Shown here in pieces: positions 1-13,106 of a stretch of DNA of 64,000 bases. The position numbers and the translations under genes are program-made. Numbering within the stretch: position 1 is the first letter of the stretch; the number at the start of each line of letters is the position of its first letter. Source of the DNA: Balanoglossus misakiensis. Lineage: Eukaryota; Animalia; Hemichordata. Below the pieces are notes generated by a model that saw only the letters and a list, made by a program, of their open reading frames with translations, was not told where the DNA came from and searched no databases. Location of the stretch: positions 9,801,403 through 9,865,402 of the forward strand of contig CM082587.2 in NCBI GenBank assembly GCA_040954595.2, read 5' to 3'.

Positions 1-1291
1 GTTGAACTGGCGAAGAAAGCTGTTCCGGTGATAAAATGATCACTGCATCTGTCTGCGTTTCGATACTTCGTGTATGCACCACTCTTTCAGGTACATGTAC
101 ATGTATGTCGTTTTCGAAAGGATTGTTTCCGCTTGAATGAAGTTCGCTTTCTACTTCTGAGTTGTCGGTGGAGTGTAGAGCCTGTGTGACCCCAAAAAAA
201 GAGTAGAAAAATGTTATTCTCTGGGATTTCACCGGTTGTCATATTTATTTGAAACAAACACATGAAGATAAAGACTTGAACGACATATAACGAAGCCATG
301 CGATAATTTTTGACATTTAGTCACCCATGTCATAAAAGGGATCCCTATTGATTTCCCGAAAGAATAGAAAGTAAACCTATTGACACTCTCGCGAAAATGT
401 CAACCACACGTTTCTACCATCCTTTCTTTTTAAATCAAGTACATGAACGTTGATAAACAGTTGTGAAAAGATGCGGCTTTGTTGATCAAAGGGAGGCAGA
501 AACTCCGATTGTCATGTTTCGAGTACATCTGTGGTGCTTCCGAATGGTACAGGTGGTCGTTTTTGTCTTTGGGAATGGTTTTGCGATGCATTCACAGCTT
601 GGGTACGCGACAAAAACAGTGTTTACTAGTATTTCCGCCACACTACTTTCTTCCGATCAGAGTTTTGATTTACAGTGCCAAAAATTCGGTTTCGCGGTTT
701 TGATCAAAGGAAATCAGGAGCCCAGACTGTTTCGACAATTTTTGCTGTGAAGTTTTTTTGCAATATGCTTCACGATATAGGGCTTTGTTGAACTTGAAAA
801 TTTCCCAAGCAAAAGTATTATCCACCTCAGCAATAAGCACCGAAATTTAAAAAATATCACTACATACGGTGGCCTAATCAAGGAAAAGACATTTCCAGTA
901 TTCTGTAATTATTTTTTTAACGAAATATGAGATGCGTTGTACGGCGCGTCGCACTGTGTATTGACGTATGGCATGAGATACAACCGTTTTTTCTCATGGA
1001 TCCGAAGTGCATCGACGAGTAGCTATGAATGCGATGAACGGTATTTTGACAAGAATTGAAATATCGAAAGATGCAATTTTAAAATACATCCATCAAATGC
1101 ACGATTTAAAACATATACATTTCATAAATAGATTAGAGGTTTTAGAAATACGACAACTTGGCCCAACTTTAACAGTAACGCGGATGCATCACCTTTTGTG
1201 GCTTTATGTAGGGCGAATAAAAGCTGAAGAAAATTACGCTGATCGCGGAAAACGAAACATTTCAATTTAAATTACGGATGATTTCACTCAC

Positions 1292-1577
1292 CTTTCCTTC
1301 AGTTGTCAACACCAATGTTGGTACGGACCCGGCTATCAGCGTCTTTCGTTTTGGGATATACCCAAGAAGTTCGGCTTTCAAATCTCGCTGGAGACAGGAC
1401 TTTTCAAAATGGTCTTCACATACCACCTTGTTCCTCCCAAACTTAAATTCGGCAACAGAACAGGATATGCCAATGTTTGACAACCACTTTTCAGCCAGAA
1501 TTGCATTTTGACTGTCAACCGCAGGATCGGGAACTTTTTCCCTTGTTTTTGCACCCACTTGCAAGGCAGCCAGCCAT
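1292..1577 (-). pseudogene. Frameshifted THAP zinc-finger exon, likely the 5' part of a Kolobok-type transposase, in a WDR6 intron
   Basis: ATG at 1577 gives MAGCLASGCKNK (C-x4-C). After a frameshift the other frame reads PDP...KWLSNIG...VCEDHF...LIAGSVPTL (THAP W, CxxHF and AVPT-like motifs) and ends at donor AAG|GTGAGT (1292). A candidate element end TTAA|AGTGAACC lies at 1773. Confidence 0.7.
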
Positions 1578-1880
1578 GTCAACTGTCTGAGTACGTGTGC
1601 GCGCGCACGGTGGCGTCTGCTACTGGTGCGTAGTTTGTGACGTCACACTGCATATCGAGATCGACGCTACACTGCTGCGCGATAAGTGAAAGTGAATAAA
1701 ATCGACGCAAATCACTCATGTTTTTCACAAAGATTTTATTAGAACCTCTCTGCAAGGAAGGTGTCGGTTCACTTTAAAGTTTACATCTGTCTGTCAAGAG
1801 TAGTAATTATTATAAGTCCTGCATAAATAGCAAGAACATACAATTGCATTAATTTTCACATTTTATCTTTGTCATTGCAG

Positions 1881-4774
1881 GTATTAAATGGATGGACTGC
1901 ACGACATTGGTCAGTGCATCTATTGATCAAAGGGTCAATGTATGGACTGTTCATGTTCATTCACATGAAATAACAGGGGTGAGTGTTTCACTTTAAGTTC
2001 AGCATCATAGGTTTTTAGTTTCAGAGGCAAACTCTAGAAATCTTGTGTTTGCTTGCTTTTGTTCATTGAATTTTCGTTCTTTCGTTTGTTTGTTTGCTTG
2101 TTTTTTTTTTTTTTCTTTCTTTCTTTTATATGTTTTCATGACACTGTATTATCTTGTTTTCAAGTTCGTTTATGTGTACCTGTTAATGTCACCCAAGCGC
2201 TTGTCTAGTAATATAGCCGTATTTTGTATGCTTTGCTTCCAAAACTAATGCTCTAGTAGCGTTTCCAGCAAGGGGTATGGGGTTTATTGGGCCAGTGGCA
2301 TGAGTGAGGCTAGACGTTAGTTTTGGAAGCAAAGCGGACAAAATACGGCTAGATTACTAGACTACCCAAGTGCAAGCTGATACCCACCATTTTGAAGGTA
2401 TGTGTCCATGCATGCAGCCCTGCAGACTAGAACACCAAACACAGTGCTTAATAAGAAAAGCAGTTGCCTGTTGCATTCACGCTAGCTCTCCAAAAGTGTT
2501 GGATTGTTCAATAGTAAAATTTGTGCTTGATCACAACATCGTGATCACAATAAGTGTACAGATTGACTGCAATGAATTCAGAATTAGGACTCGTACTAAG
2601 AGCAGATGACCTGTTAAGTCATCTAGCTATTGTGGAAATGAGATATATCAAATATGGTTTTCATTCTTGAACTACACAAACATGTTTTTGCTCTTCAAAC
2701 CACACTTTTGGTGTAACTGTATTCAAAACAATGATATTTCCTTTTGCTTAAAGTGGTATAATTTCAAGGTTATTGTAAGAGTATGTCTTGGCCCTTTATA
2801 CCAAAATTCTGCCCAAGGGTGCATGTGCACCAGAAAGACATGCACCCAGATCACCCTCCATCACTGTTGTGTATCTACTTGGATGCATGTAGGGTATTGT
2901 AGATATTGCTGTTAAACTTTTTTATGTTCTTGTATCAAGGTGACACTTGAACAGCTCAGGATAGTGAATGTATCAGATCTTATTTGCATGGAGTCATGGA
3001 CAATCAAGTAAGTTGAATTTCAATTTTTATGGTAGTGAGATCAGATCATTGTTGGTTTCAGCTCTGTCATGTTAAAGGTATACGGTCGCCTCCAATTTAC
3101 ATACGCCCATATATGGCTGAAATGGCGTATTTGAGCGTTCTAAAGAACGGATAGCGGCGCTCTTTTTTTTTTCGTGTGTGCAACCCACTAAAAATCTGTC
3201 ATTGGCTAGATCTCAATTTGCCACGGTAACAGTAGCTAAATTTGCTTAGGTGACCGTATACCTTTAAGTATTACTGTGTGATGCACAGGTCGCATCATAG
3301 TTGACAGCGCTTATAATATACATATGTAATAGAGAGAGAGAAGGAAGGATACTATCACCCTGCCGGGAATGAAATTTGCCATGAAAAAACAACCAAACTC
3401 TTTAAAGATGATGAAATAAATGACATGGTTCGACGTCTACAGTCCGACGACGTTTCATGAGCAACTTTGGTACCTGAAAAATGGCAATTAAAGGGACAAA
3501 GTCTCTCTCTCGCTGCCCTTTTTTCATTAATTATGTTTGATACAAGACACCATTTATGTTATTCTACATGTGGATATATAGTGAATGAACGTTCGGCCAC
3601 ACATAACTTCCATCATTCTTGTAGACACGAGAGTGAAAAAACTCGCCAAAATGAATAGTCGATCTCTACCATTTATTCATTTTCGGCGAGTTTTTACTCG
3701 CATATTATACAAGCTGGGTGGGAGTCTCTTGTATCAAACATAATGGGAAAAAGGGCAGCGAAAGAGAGACTTTGTCACCGTATCTGGGCCCCTATCTTGT
3801 CTCCTTCACATGGCAGATACTACACCCAAGAGCCATCTTGAAGTCCTATTTTTCACCCGCAATTCAGTACGCTTGAACTCGTGTGACTTTGCGTGGATCC
3901 TCCAAGAGGTTTGAGCGCAAATCTTATATAACAGTTGGTGCTTGCGAATGACTGCTCAGTCTAGGAAGTGGATCTTCTTTGTGCAGTGTTTAAGATCATG
4001 GCGACTGTTTGTCAGATCACCCATACCCTAAGCAGTGGTCACAATATATTAATTCAAGATGGCTGTTGCATGCTGTATCTGTCACTTGGAGACGACATGA
4101 TATTTAGGGGCCCAGATATGACATTAATTGTCATTTTTCAGGTACCAAATTCACTCATTAAATGTCGTCAGACTATAGGCGTCGATCAATGTCATTTATT
4201 TGGTCGTCTTTAAAGAGTTTGATTTAGAAAAAGAGAACGCGCCTGATTAGAACATACTTTCTGAATTCTACTGGTTGTTGCATAAAAATCATGCGACTGT
4301 AGAAATTCTAGAACATGTTTGCAAGAGCTCAGCGGCCATGTGATAGAATAGTGAATGATGGGGCCCTGCAACTGGCACGATTTATTCCCACTTGAACAAC
4401 AGATTTGAAATAATGAACTTGTTTATCTTTATCAAGCAAAATCATAATTGGGATGGCCGAATTATTATAATGAGGTTATAAACAGTGCACTTGGGTATTT
4501 GGTAGGGATATAAGACTTCTCAGGTGAAAATTAACATATTTTGATGAAATAATCACCAAGTGAAGTGAGGTGATTATTATAACCTCTAATTAGGTATGAT
4601 TGGCAACAAATTTCTCAGAATAAATATTTGGCTGCCGTAGTAAGGGGATATTGTAGTGGTTATTGTCAAGACAATTTTTTTATGTGACTGTGTATATGTT
4701 TCATTAACAGGTACGATACACTATACTTGCTGATTGGTGGAGTTGGTCTACAACTGCTATCCATACAGAGATGA
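1881..4774 (+). CDS. WDR6: WD repeat protein 6 (Trm734 homolog), last three coding exons: 1881-1978, 2940-3007, 4711-4774
   Basis: Canonical AG/GT sites with consistent phases. Spliced peptide IKWMDCTTLVSASIDQRVNVW...VTLEQLRIVNVSDLICMESWTI-KYDTLYLLIGGVGLQLLSIQR* resembles the recalled WDR6 C-terminus (VSASIDQR..W, DxxCW, GGxGL). Upstream exons lie outside the window. Confidence 0.8.
2201..2364. mobile_element. Palindromic MITE with 9-bp TSD (Academ-like); paralog in unit B near 16926-17089, degenerate copy near 41975-42165
   Basis: TIR T(T/A)GTCTAGTAAT...ATTACTAGACTA flanked by CCCAAGCGC and CCCAAGTGC. Confidence 0.7.
3076..3263. mobile_element. Kolobok-like MITE (paralog 17801-17987)
   Basis: TTAA|AGGTATACGGTCGCCT...AGGTGACCGTATACCT|TTAA. 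Confidence 0.85.
3492..3776. mobile_element. AGGGACAAAG-family TTAA MITE, internally deleted (fuller paralog 19506-19859)
   Basis: TIR AGGGACAAAGTCTCTCTCTCGCTGCCC shared with copies at 22921, 37260, 41585 and 60651. Confidence 0.85.
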
Positions 4775-5415
4775 TATTTTCATCTGTCAAGTCCTCGTGA
4801 AGTCATCTAAGAATTTCTTCTCTTCATGAGATATCACTTGAACTGACTTGGTGATTTTGATGCCATGCCTGAAAGGACAATCAACTTGGTGTTTATTGGA
4901 AAAATGAAGGACAACTCTCTGACCATTAAAGGGACATGCAAAGACTCTCTCTTTCTGCCCCTTTGTTTTCCATTGGCTGATACAAGACACTGTGTATGTG
5001 TTATTTGACATGTGGCAAGACAATGAATCAATGTTCGAACATTACACAATGTCCATCCCACTTGTAGACACGAAATTAAAAATGTGTAGACACGAGATTA
5101 AAAATCTCAGCAAAATGATTAACCAGTCTCTACCTCTTAATCGTGCATGGGTTTCAATTCTTACCAATGTGTGCATGCACATGTGTTGTTGTCGCTGATA
5201 TTGGTAAACACAAACATGGTCACTGGCAACTCACTACATAAGGAAACTGTGGGTCAGATAAACACATTCTCAGAAATCCGATGGCAAAAAATCTTGGCTA
5301 TGGAATTGCACCATCAGGTCACAGTTACCCATGGGATCCACCCATAGGAAGGGCAGTAGGACACATTGTACTCTAACTCCCACCCCCCTCACAATTTGGC
5401 CACAGAACCATAGTA

Positions 5416-5597
5416 CCGTTAAAGTCATTTTATAAGTCGCAGCGGTATTATAAGTCGCACCCCTTCTTTGAAAGACTTGTTTGGGAGGAGATTTTAAGGA
5501 AATGAATACAACAGAACATTGGTATTATAAGTCGCACCCCCTTTTCGGCACACACTGTCACTCAAAAAAGGTGCGTCTTATAAAATGACTTTAACGG
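5416..5597. mobile_element. Tc1/mariner-pogo-like MITE, unit A only
   Basis: TA|CCGTTAAAGTCATTTTATAAG...CTTATAAAATGACTTTAACGG|TA. The empty site has a single TA near 21589. Confidence 0.9.
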
Positions 5598-6815
5598 TAT
5601 ATCTGATAGAATTTTCACCTGAAAGACACCTGGAAAATGTATAAATATGTTCCATGAAGTAACTTTTGATGGATTTTTTTTTCACAAAAAGTGTGCCATC
5701 TTATTTATTATCCTGGCTGAAATGTTTTTCTTTTACATTTGCTGGGAATCTTTAAAAAAAAATGTTCTTGACCCCCCCCCCCCCTTAGTCACTCAAATGG
5801 TTCATCCCTTACCATACCTATTCCACAGTGCTCTACAAGACCAGAATATACCTTCAATTCAATGTGTTGTTGCACAGTTTGCTCGAGTTGAATTCAATTT
5901 GAGGTCAGCTGTGATGCGGGTGTATTATGATGTTAATTAATACCTCATTTGCATAACCTATTGATTTCATCTGGCTGGGTATCCAACCAGCCAATCATTT
6001 CCTTCCATAAATCTGTCAATGTGAAGAAATAAAACTGAATCTGCCCACAGTTCAAGCCTATAGCCAAAACTACCGCATGTTGTCTAACACGTTCTGTCTA
6101 CATTTTCAGGTCAGTACATTTTACAGTTTTCACAGTATTTTTCTTGTGTGGTTTCATGTAAATGTTAAAAATAGACAAAGTGTCTCTTTTTGAGCTTTTT
6201 CCATGAATTATGTTGGATATGAAAACTATTCCTGCTGTTTGACTACATGCTGAAATACTGGACTTAGTATGCTTGTAGACATACAGGATTGAACATTCAG
6301 TGAAACAATTTATGGTTTCTACCAGTTATTCACTGTGAAATTTTGTTCATGTACTTGACTGTATAGACAGTGTTGCATACTGTTTAGACCGGGACCTGTA
6401 ATGAGGAGTAAAACGAATTGCTGGCCTTTTCAGTGTAAAACAAAACAAAACAAAACATACTAGTGGCGATTTTTCATAATACATGTATTTAATTTGTCTT
6501 CACAACAGTGACATAGGCTTAGAAAAAATACATAGCAAAAGTGAGATGAAAAGCTACACGACTTTATTCACAGGGTAAAACTAAAAATGTTTCAGAGACA
6601 CTATTTGCCGCTTGTAAATACACAGAATTAATTCTCACACATGAAGTTAAAGCATAGACCCGGACGCTCGGTCCCATACACATTATATGCCAAGTATATG
6701 AGCTGAGATGTTCCAGAAACAATACAATGGTTTCTGTGTGCACGTCATATCTTTTCAATCATTGGGAAGTACGGTACATTACTACTCTGGTACTCTTAAA
6801 AAATTTGCAACAATA

Positions 6816-6996
6816 CTGTAAAACACTTTATTTTCGCGAGCACTAAAATAGCGTTAAAATAAAAAGTCGTGTAATTTTTCTTGAAGATAATGATGCAGTT
6901 AATGAAATAAGAGAACGCAAAAATTAATACTCACGAAATAGTGGCCTCTCTCGATATCGCGAAAATTTAAAGTCACGAAAATAAAGTGTTTTACAG
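6816..6996. mobile_element. Tc1/mariner-like MITE (paralog 22809-23338; relative at 35188-35371)
   Basis: TA|CTGTAAAACACTTTATTTTCG...CGAAAATAAAGTGTTTTACAG|TA. Confidence 0.85.
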
Positions 6997-7151
6997 TACA
7001 TGTACTTTGGTGTACATAGCAACAACATGTACAATACAACTGCCAATACCTGATTTCGTCATAATGTGCAAGATCTGAAGTCACTTTTCTGGAAAAACCT
7101 TTGGAAAAAAGCACAAGGGTTGCTGCAAAGTACAAATGATAGCTATGCATA

Positions 7152-7450
7152 TTCTTCGCTATCAAATGACGTCAGACGCGTTCAGGTGGCAGTTACGTTC
7201 ACATTCAAATTTCCAGATGACGGGCAACTTCAGCAACGTGGACTTACGTGGTGCAGACAAAGACTGTGCAGACGAAATGCAATGAGGCTGATGAGGCAAC
7301 ATACCCGATACATGTTATGTGTTTGGCGGTTCTAAAGTAAAAACATACTCGGAAAAACTTTTACTAGATGCCGAAATATTGCTTGCCCGTCATCTGGAAA
7401 TGACTGCGCCATGGGACACATTGCCAGATCACGTGATTGATAGTAAAGAA
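7152..7450. mobile_element. 299-bp inverted-repeat element, unit A only
   Basis: TTCTTCGCTATCAA...TTGATAGTAAAGAA between TA dinucleotides. Unit B reads GCATATACACC. Confidence 0.75.
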
Positions 7451-8356
7451 TACACCTGCAGACTGGCGTGCGGTGACACCTATCGCAAAATGGTACTGCC
7501 TACATCATGATGGGCGGAATTCAACCCTGGGACTCCCCTCCCCCCCCCCCCCCATGGTTTTTCCTGAAAAGTGACCGCAAAAAAGCACATTATGCATAAA
7601 TCAGCTGGACTGAACTTCTCCTTCAAGAAGGAATTTTGGTAAAAACATTGCAGCTGATTCTGAATACTGAACACTTTAAGAAAGATAAGTTCCTCCAATA
7701 ATTGCATTGCTGCACATTTACATAACATTTTACAATGAAATTCATTAATATGCTGATGAGGGCTAACAGAGGTCAGTCTTTTCAGGTATTGAAATTTACA
7801 ACCGTCACAACTTCTTGTTGTTGTGATGACTTCAAATGAAGTTTATGAATGATTGAGGTATTCTGACATATTGATATAATTTGTATTATTTTGGGCAACG
7901 GAGCTGTGATATTAAAAATAATTACTAAAGCCCCATGAGCTGCCAAATTTCACATTTTTTCCACAATAAGCCATATTGCTTGTATTTGTGTCAGTGTGTC
8001 ATCTCTTGGAGACAAAATACAACATTTTTGTATTGTGCATATGGAGACCAATTAAGCAGGTGCGGCACCCATTTAATATATCACTTGTTCAAATCGCAAA
8101 ATACAGCCACAATCTAGAGTCGATAAGATGTTCATGTATCAGTAAGCTTATTTGGATTGACCACAGTTGGAAAATAAAATTATGAAATAAATGAAAAAAG
8201 TGGTAGCTCTTGGGGCCTTAATACAGGGGATGTCAAACAAATTACCGGTAATGGTCTTTTCACTGTTTTTAATTCCACTAACAATACAACAAAACAATAG
8301 GGAAGTTGCACCGAAATTTCTCTTAAATAGCCCATTATTTTAAGTAAGATTGGTAT

Positions 8357-8621
8357 GGCCAAAATAAAAAAATATGTGCTGTTCCGATTACCTGACCTAC
8401 CCTAATTTCGACCCACCAACCCTAAATTCTTTAGAGCTTCGTAAACCTGGAAGTTAAAAATATACATGTATCACAAAATAGACGCAAGAACTATGACATC
8501 ATACCTCTACATTACAGTTTTTCTGATGTAAAATGCGCATTGAGAAATAAAAAAATAATTCCCTACCTACCCTATTTTTGAAAACCATGTAATCGGAACA
8601 GCACATATTATTTTTTTGGCC
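8357..8621. mobile_element. PIF/Harbinger-like MITE (paralog 24362-24626)
   Basis: TIR GGCCAAAA..AATATGTGCTGTTCCGATTAC, with TAA TSD in the unit B copy. Confidence 0.75.
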
Positions 8622-8928
8622 TAAATATACAATGGTCCACATCTTAAATCCCACATAGGGTGAATCAGTTGAATGTCTCTGTATTCAGAGAGCGGCCATT
8701 TTTTTCTGATTTGTATATATCACAAACAGATTTGTCACATTAGAGCCCACTTATTTTGACAACAGTGGAATTTCTTCAAGATGAACTGATCAGCTGAAGT
8801 ACAATATTTCAAATCATACACACTTAAATCAATATATTGTAATAAATGTATACACATTTAAATCAATATGTTCTCATACATGGCAGTTCAGCTAACAATT
8901 CCAATTTCTGATTGAATGATGACTGTCA

Positions 8929-10454
8929 TCACATTTTCGTTTTAATAAGTCTCCTTAACTCTTCAAGATATTTGATACTGTTTGATAATCTGAAAAAAAC
9001 AAAAAACAGAATCAGTTGATGGAAAAATCTACCCTGTCAATAAACTGCAACAGATCCAGAATCATCCAAAATTGCTTCCAACCCCTACAGTGTTGGCCAT
9101 ATGTTACAATTCTGAAGTCATCTAAAGACACGGTGGATGAATCAATAAATTACACAAACAAATACACGCATACAACTTGTCTCATTAGTCCAGGATAGAG
9201 AGAACTGCTAGTTAAATTCATCCCATATATTATTATCTCGAACAATACAAGGTTTACCAATTAACCCTAATAAACACTGCCAAGTCAGTTGAAACTGGTT
9301 TGATTTCCAGGGTGCCAAGAATCCTGGCTCCCAGGCGGGCTAGCTAGGCCTGTTAGACTGCCAAGTGCGTGTTATTCAGTTGGGCCTATACAAGACCATG
9401 TGTGGAGAGAGCAAAGGGGGGAAAACCATGAGTCTTGATTCTAGACTAATTTCACTTTTGCCCCCCCCCCAAAAAAAAATCTCACAATCTCCTTGTCCAA
9501 TCGCTTTGAAATTTGCTGTGCATAGCAGATCCCTGGGGTTGATCCAAGAGACCCTGTTGTAAGTATTTTCTAAAATACTTCTTTTTTATTCTTACCTCCC
9601 AAATGCATTTAACAAGGACACAATCTCAGATCTCTGCAGTCTAAATTCTTCTTTGTGGAACAGAGTCTCATCAGAGAAAAGAATTTTTAGTGCTGTTCCC
9701 ATTCCTCGGGTCTGTAGAGACAAAAATATTACGTATTATCATACATGCAACGCCTGTATTTGGCACTTTCTATTGTTCTCGCCCCGAAGATATTTTTTCG
9801 GTATTACACTGAGTGCAATATATCTTCACTCCGCGTCTCGAACTATTTTTGAGAACGCGCGGCGCGACAGTTGGCTGCGCGTGCGAGCGACGTACGGGGC
9901 ATAGGACACTAGTGGAGAGGGGTGTTGTAAAATTCGGTTATTAGAAGCTGAAATAACGTTTTCAAAGCTGGCGGTTTTGCCATGTTGAATGTATCATTTT
10001 TACTTCTTCAAAATTCTCAATGCAAAATAATTGTTAACATGATATTTTGAAAGAGAACGTGGACAATTTTATTTAGAATGCGGATGTGCCCATCGTAATG
10101 AAAGCTGCCAACGCTCATAAAATGATACTACGGCCCACACTACTGCCGTGATCCCAGTGCCTGGTTCAAATTTGAAATCGTTTTTCTCAGAGCATTTTCG
10201 CAAATCGTACTGTTTTATAGGTAGGCGGACATCACTAAAATACGACGCGTTATCGACCAAAATTCGTGTAATAACCCCTAATTATATATTGCCGATGTTT
10301 ACAGTTCTAGTAAAGTTTCATGAGATAGGACGGGTTGTCGAGAAGAAAAATTATAGATATCACTTACTTGAAGTTTGCCCCACAATTTGCATTTATCACA
10401 TCCAACACAATCCATTATCTTGGAGATGTTCCTAAAATGTGTACGGAATTCTTC
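8929..10454 (-). pseudogene. ERO1: Duplicated ERO1 exons 11-13 (10368-10454, 9596-9711, 8929-8989); orphan or alternative 3' end
   Basis: By eye, coding sequence is identical to 26368-26454, 25577-25692 and 24913-24973. All splice sites are intact. Confidence 0.88.
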
Positions 10455-10494
10455 CTGCATAAAAGAAAAATACATGATTATGTTATTATGATTA

Positions 10495-10896
10495 CCGTAA
10501 TCACTCTATCAGTTCAACCGCTCCATTAATTCAACCACCCACTATTCTTTGGAAAATTAATTATTTTTTAACCTTCAATTGTTTGACCACTGATTAAAAT
10601 GCATGCGTTGATATTGTGTATTTTTCATGAAGATATCTGCAACTTAGACCTTCCAAGGTATTCAGAACTCACTGATTTTATTGTGTGTGACCTTAAACAG
10701 TTCAATTCTATCATAAATATCACCTAAACTACATGCTGATAGTGCATACAGTTCATGCCATGCAAACATGCCCCCTGACAAATTATTCAAGAACTTTGAG
10801 TGGCCATTTTTGTGTTATATTATTTTTATTCTATTAGTTTGTCTTTTCACAAATCATATTTATTTTTTTCTGGCCGAACTGATAGAGTGATTACGG
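10495..10896. mobile_element. Tc1/mariner-pogo-like MITE, unit A only
   Basis: TA|CCGTAATCACTCTATCAGTTC...GAACTGATAGAGTGATTACGG|TA. Empty site ATTACTTAAC at 26491. Confidence 0.9.
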
Positions 10897-13106
10897 TACT
10901 TAACATAAAATACACTACATGAACATCTAGTGCACTGTACTTAAAGGATGTATAAGCAGAATGTAAACCTGTAAACTGTGCAATTTGTGCGCATTTGTCT
11001 CTTTCCTTTGGAATTGCGAGAAAACTCGCTTTACTATAATTGTCATTTTCATGAAATTATTCACATAGCTATGTCAAGTAAAAATACATTTATTAGTCAA
11101 ATAAAACAGTACGGTCACTGTGTTCATTTTGAGATAAACGTTGTTATCGGTAAATGATTTTCTCATAGACCCAGACCACTGATCAACTATCGACTAAATT
11201 CACAGCTGCCTTATTTTCAAAAACATGTGCAGTGACCCGTATATTGCAAAATTTTATTTTTACAAAGGAAAAATCAAAAATCCACAATTAAAAAAATAGG
11301 CTCAATGTGTCAACAACCCAGTCAAAAGAACTGCGAACAAGGTGGTCCCAAAAACAAAGGCAGTGTCATTTCATGCAGTGTCACGTCTAGTGAGTATGTG
11401 AATTGTAATGCAATAAGGGGACTTTTCATGTAAAATTAGCTTAATGTGAAAAATTGCAACTAAAAACATTTGCAATGACACATTTCTGCCCTTCTTATCT
11501 CATTGTTGCCCCAGACAATACTACTACCTCAGAAGAATTGACTGATTACATCCAAATTGACGCGTGCTGCTGCAATTGAGGTCACCGGGCTGCTTTTTTA
11601 ATGTGGCTCAGACTCAGACTAAGAGAATGAACCACCACAACTCAACAATTCAGACAGAGAAAGGGCATTGTTAGGCGATGCTGATGCATCGTTGGTTCAG
11701 AAATGTTTAGGGTAATAATTGAAACATTCTACAGCTGTTGTGACCCAGCCAGGAATCTCTGCAGTTTTCCTGAGTCAAGTTCCAAATCTGTACCCATAAT
11801 GATGGTTTTCAAACTTTGGCATTAGCGTTAAAAAAATATTGGCCACAGTCCAAGTGGGCAAACGGTGGCTCATGTTGTCAGGCAATACTGAATCTGTTGC
11901 ATTCTGACAACAGTCCATCAGCGATTCAAAGTTTTGAAATGACAGTATCTAAGTATATAAAGCACTGTAAATTCATGCTAAATTTGAAAAATAAATGGAA
12001 AAATCTGTACTTAATAATATTCTTACTAGTGAATTCAAAGCTTTATTTCTGCTTCATGTTCCTAACTAAAATATAGAATCGATCTCTCATATATTTTTAT
12101 GCCTGGGAAACGACAATATTAGAAATGAGGCTATGAATATTCATGACCAGTGACATCATCAGGATGCGACGTTATCATCAATCTTCATTCACTAAGCTTT
12201 TTCATTGAAATATTGCACATTGACATTTCTGAAATACCAAATGCTGAAATACCTTTATTATGGTAAGTGGGTAGTGGTTGAAGGTAATGAAACAGTGTGC
12301 AGATGAGATCGTTCTGTTTCAATTCCTGTTTCAAATACATATCACCATATACTGAACAGTATCTGAGCATCAAAAGTGCTAAAAAGTAGGAGAAAATAGA
12401 CAAAGCGATAATTTTTTTAAAAAGTGATGCGTTGACTTATAATGACCAGGACTCTTATCTGCTACTTGTACGTCTCTATTCCTCCCTGAGATTTCCAGTA
12501 TTTCATCCTGACTAGCTTCTACAAGGAGGATTGCCCCCCCCCCACCCCACCCCTTTCTCGAATATTTGGGGAGGGCGAGGTTCCACTCATGTGTAAGAGC
12601 TGGTGTTTTGTTGTGAATGTTAGTGTGACTGACCTATGCATCATTTCATGCGGTGCTCAGGGTCACCCTTGACATGTTGCTAGGCGGTGCCAACCTGTCC
12701 GGCGGAGGGGGAATTGCCTGATCGCCGTGTCTAGATGAAAACTATTGATCGTATGGTACATAGCCCACTTTAATAGCTGGTTTCATTTCACATGATCCCA
12801 GACAATGGAAGTGCAACTTGAAATGACATGCCCCATTCAAATATAACCTGCAGTATTTAAAGATGACATCATACCAATATGGTCAGATAACAATCAGGAA
12901 GTACGGATAACTTCTCTTTCCAAACTCTGATTTCACCAGACAGAGCACGATGGGTTTGGACTGACAGTCTGTTAAGTTGAGGGTCAGTGGATGCCTGCAG
13001 TGTCAGCATCATTCGTTAGTTGACAGCATCCTGGTTGTACAATCTTCATACATTTTGAACTCGACCAATTCAGTACCTGCCTGTGTGTTTGCATGAACTG
13101 GTAGCG

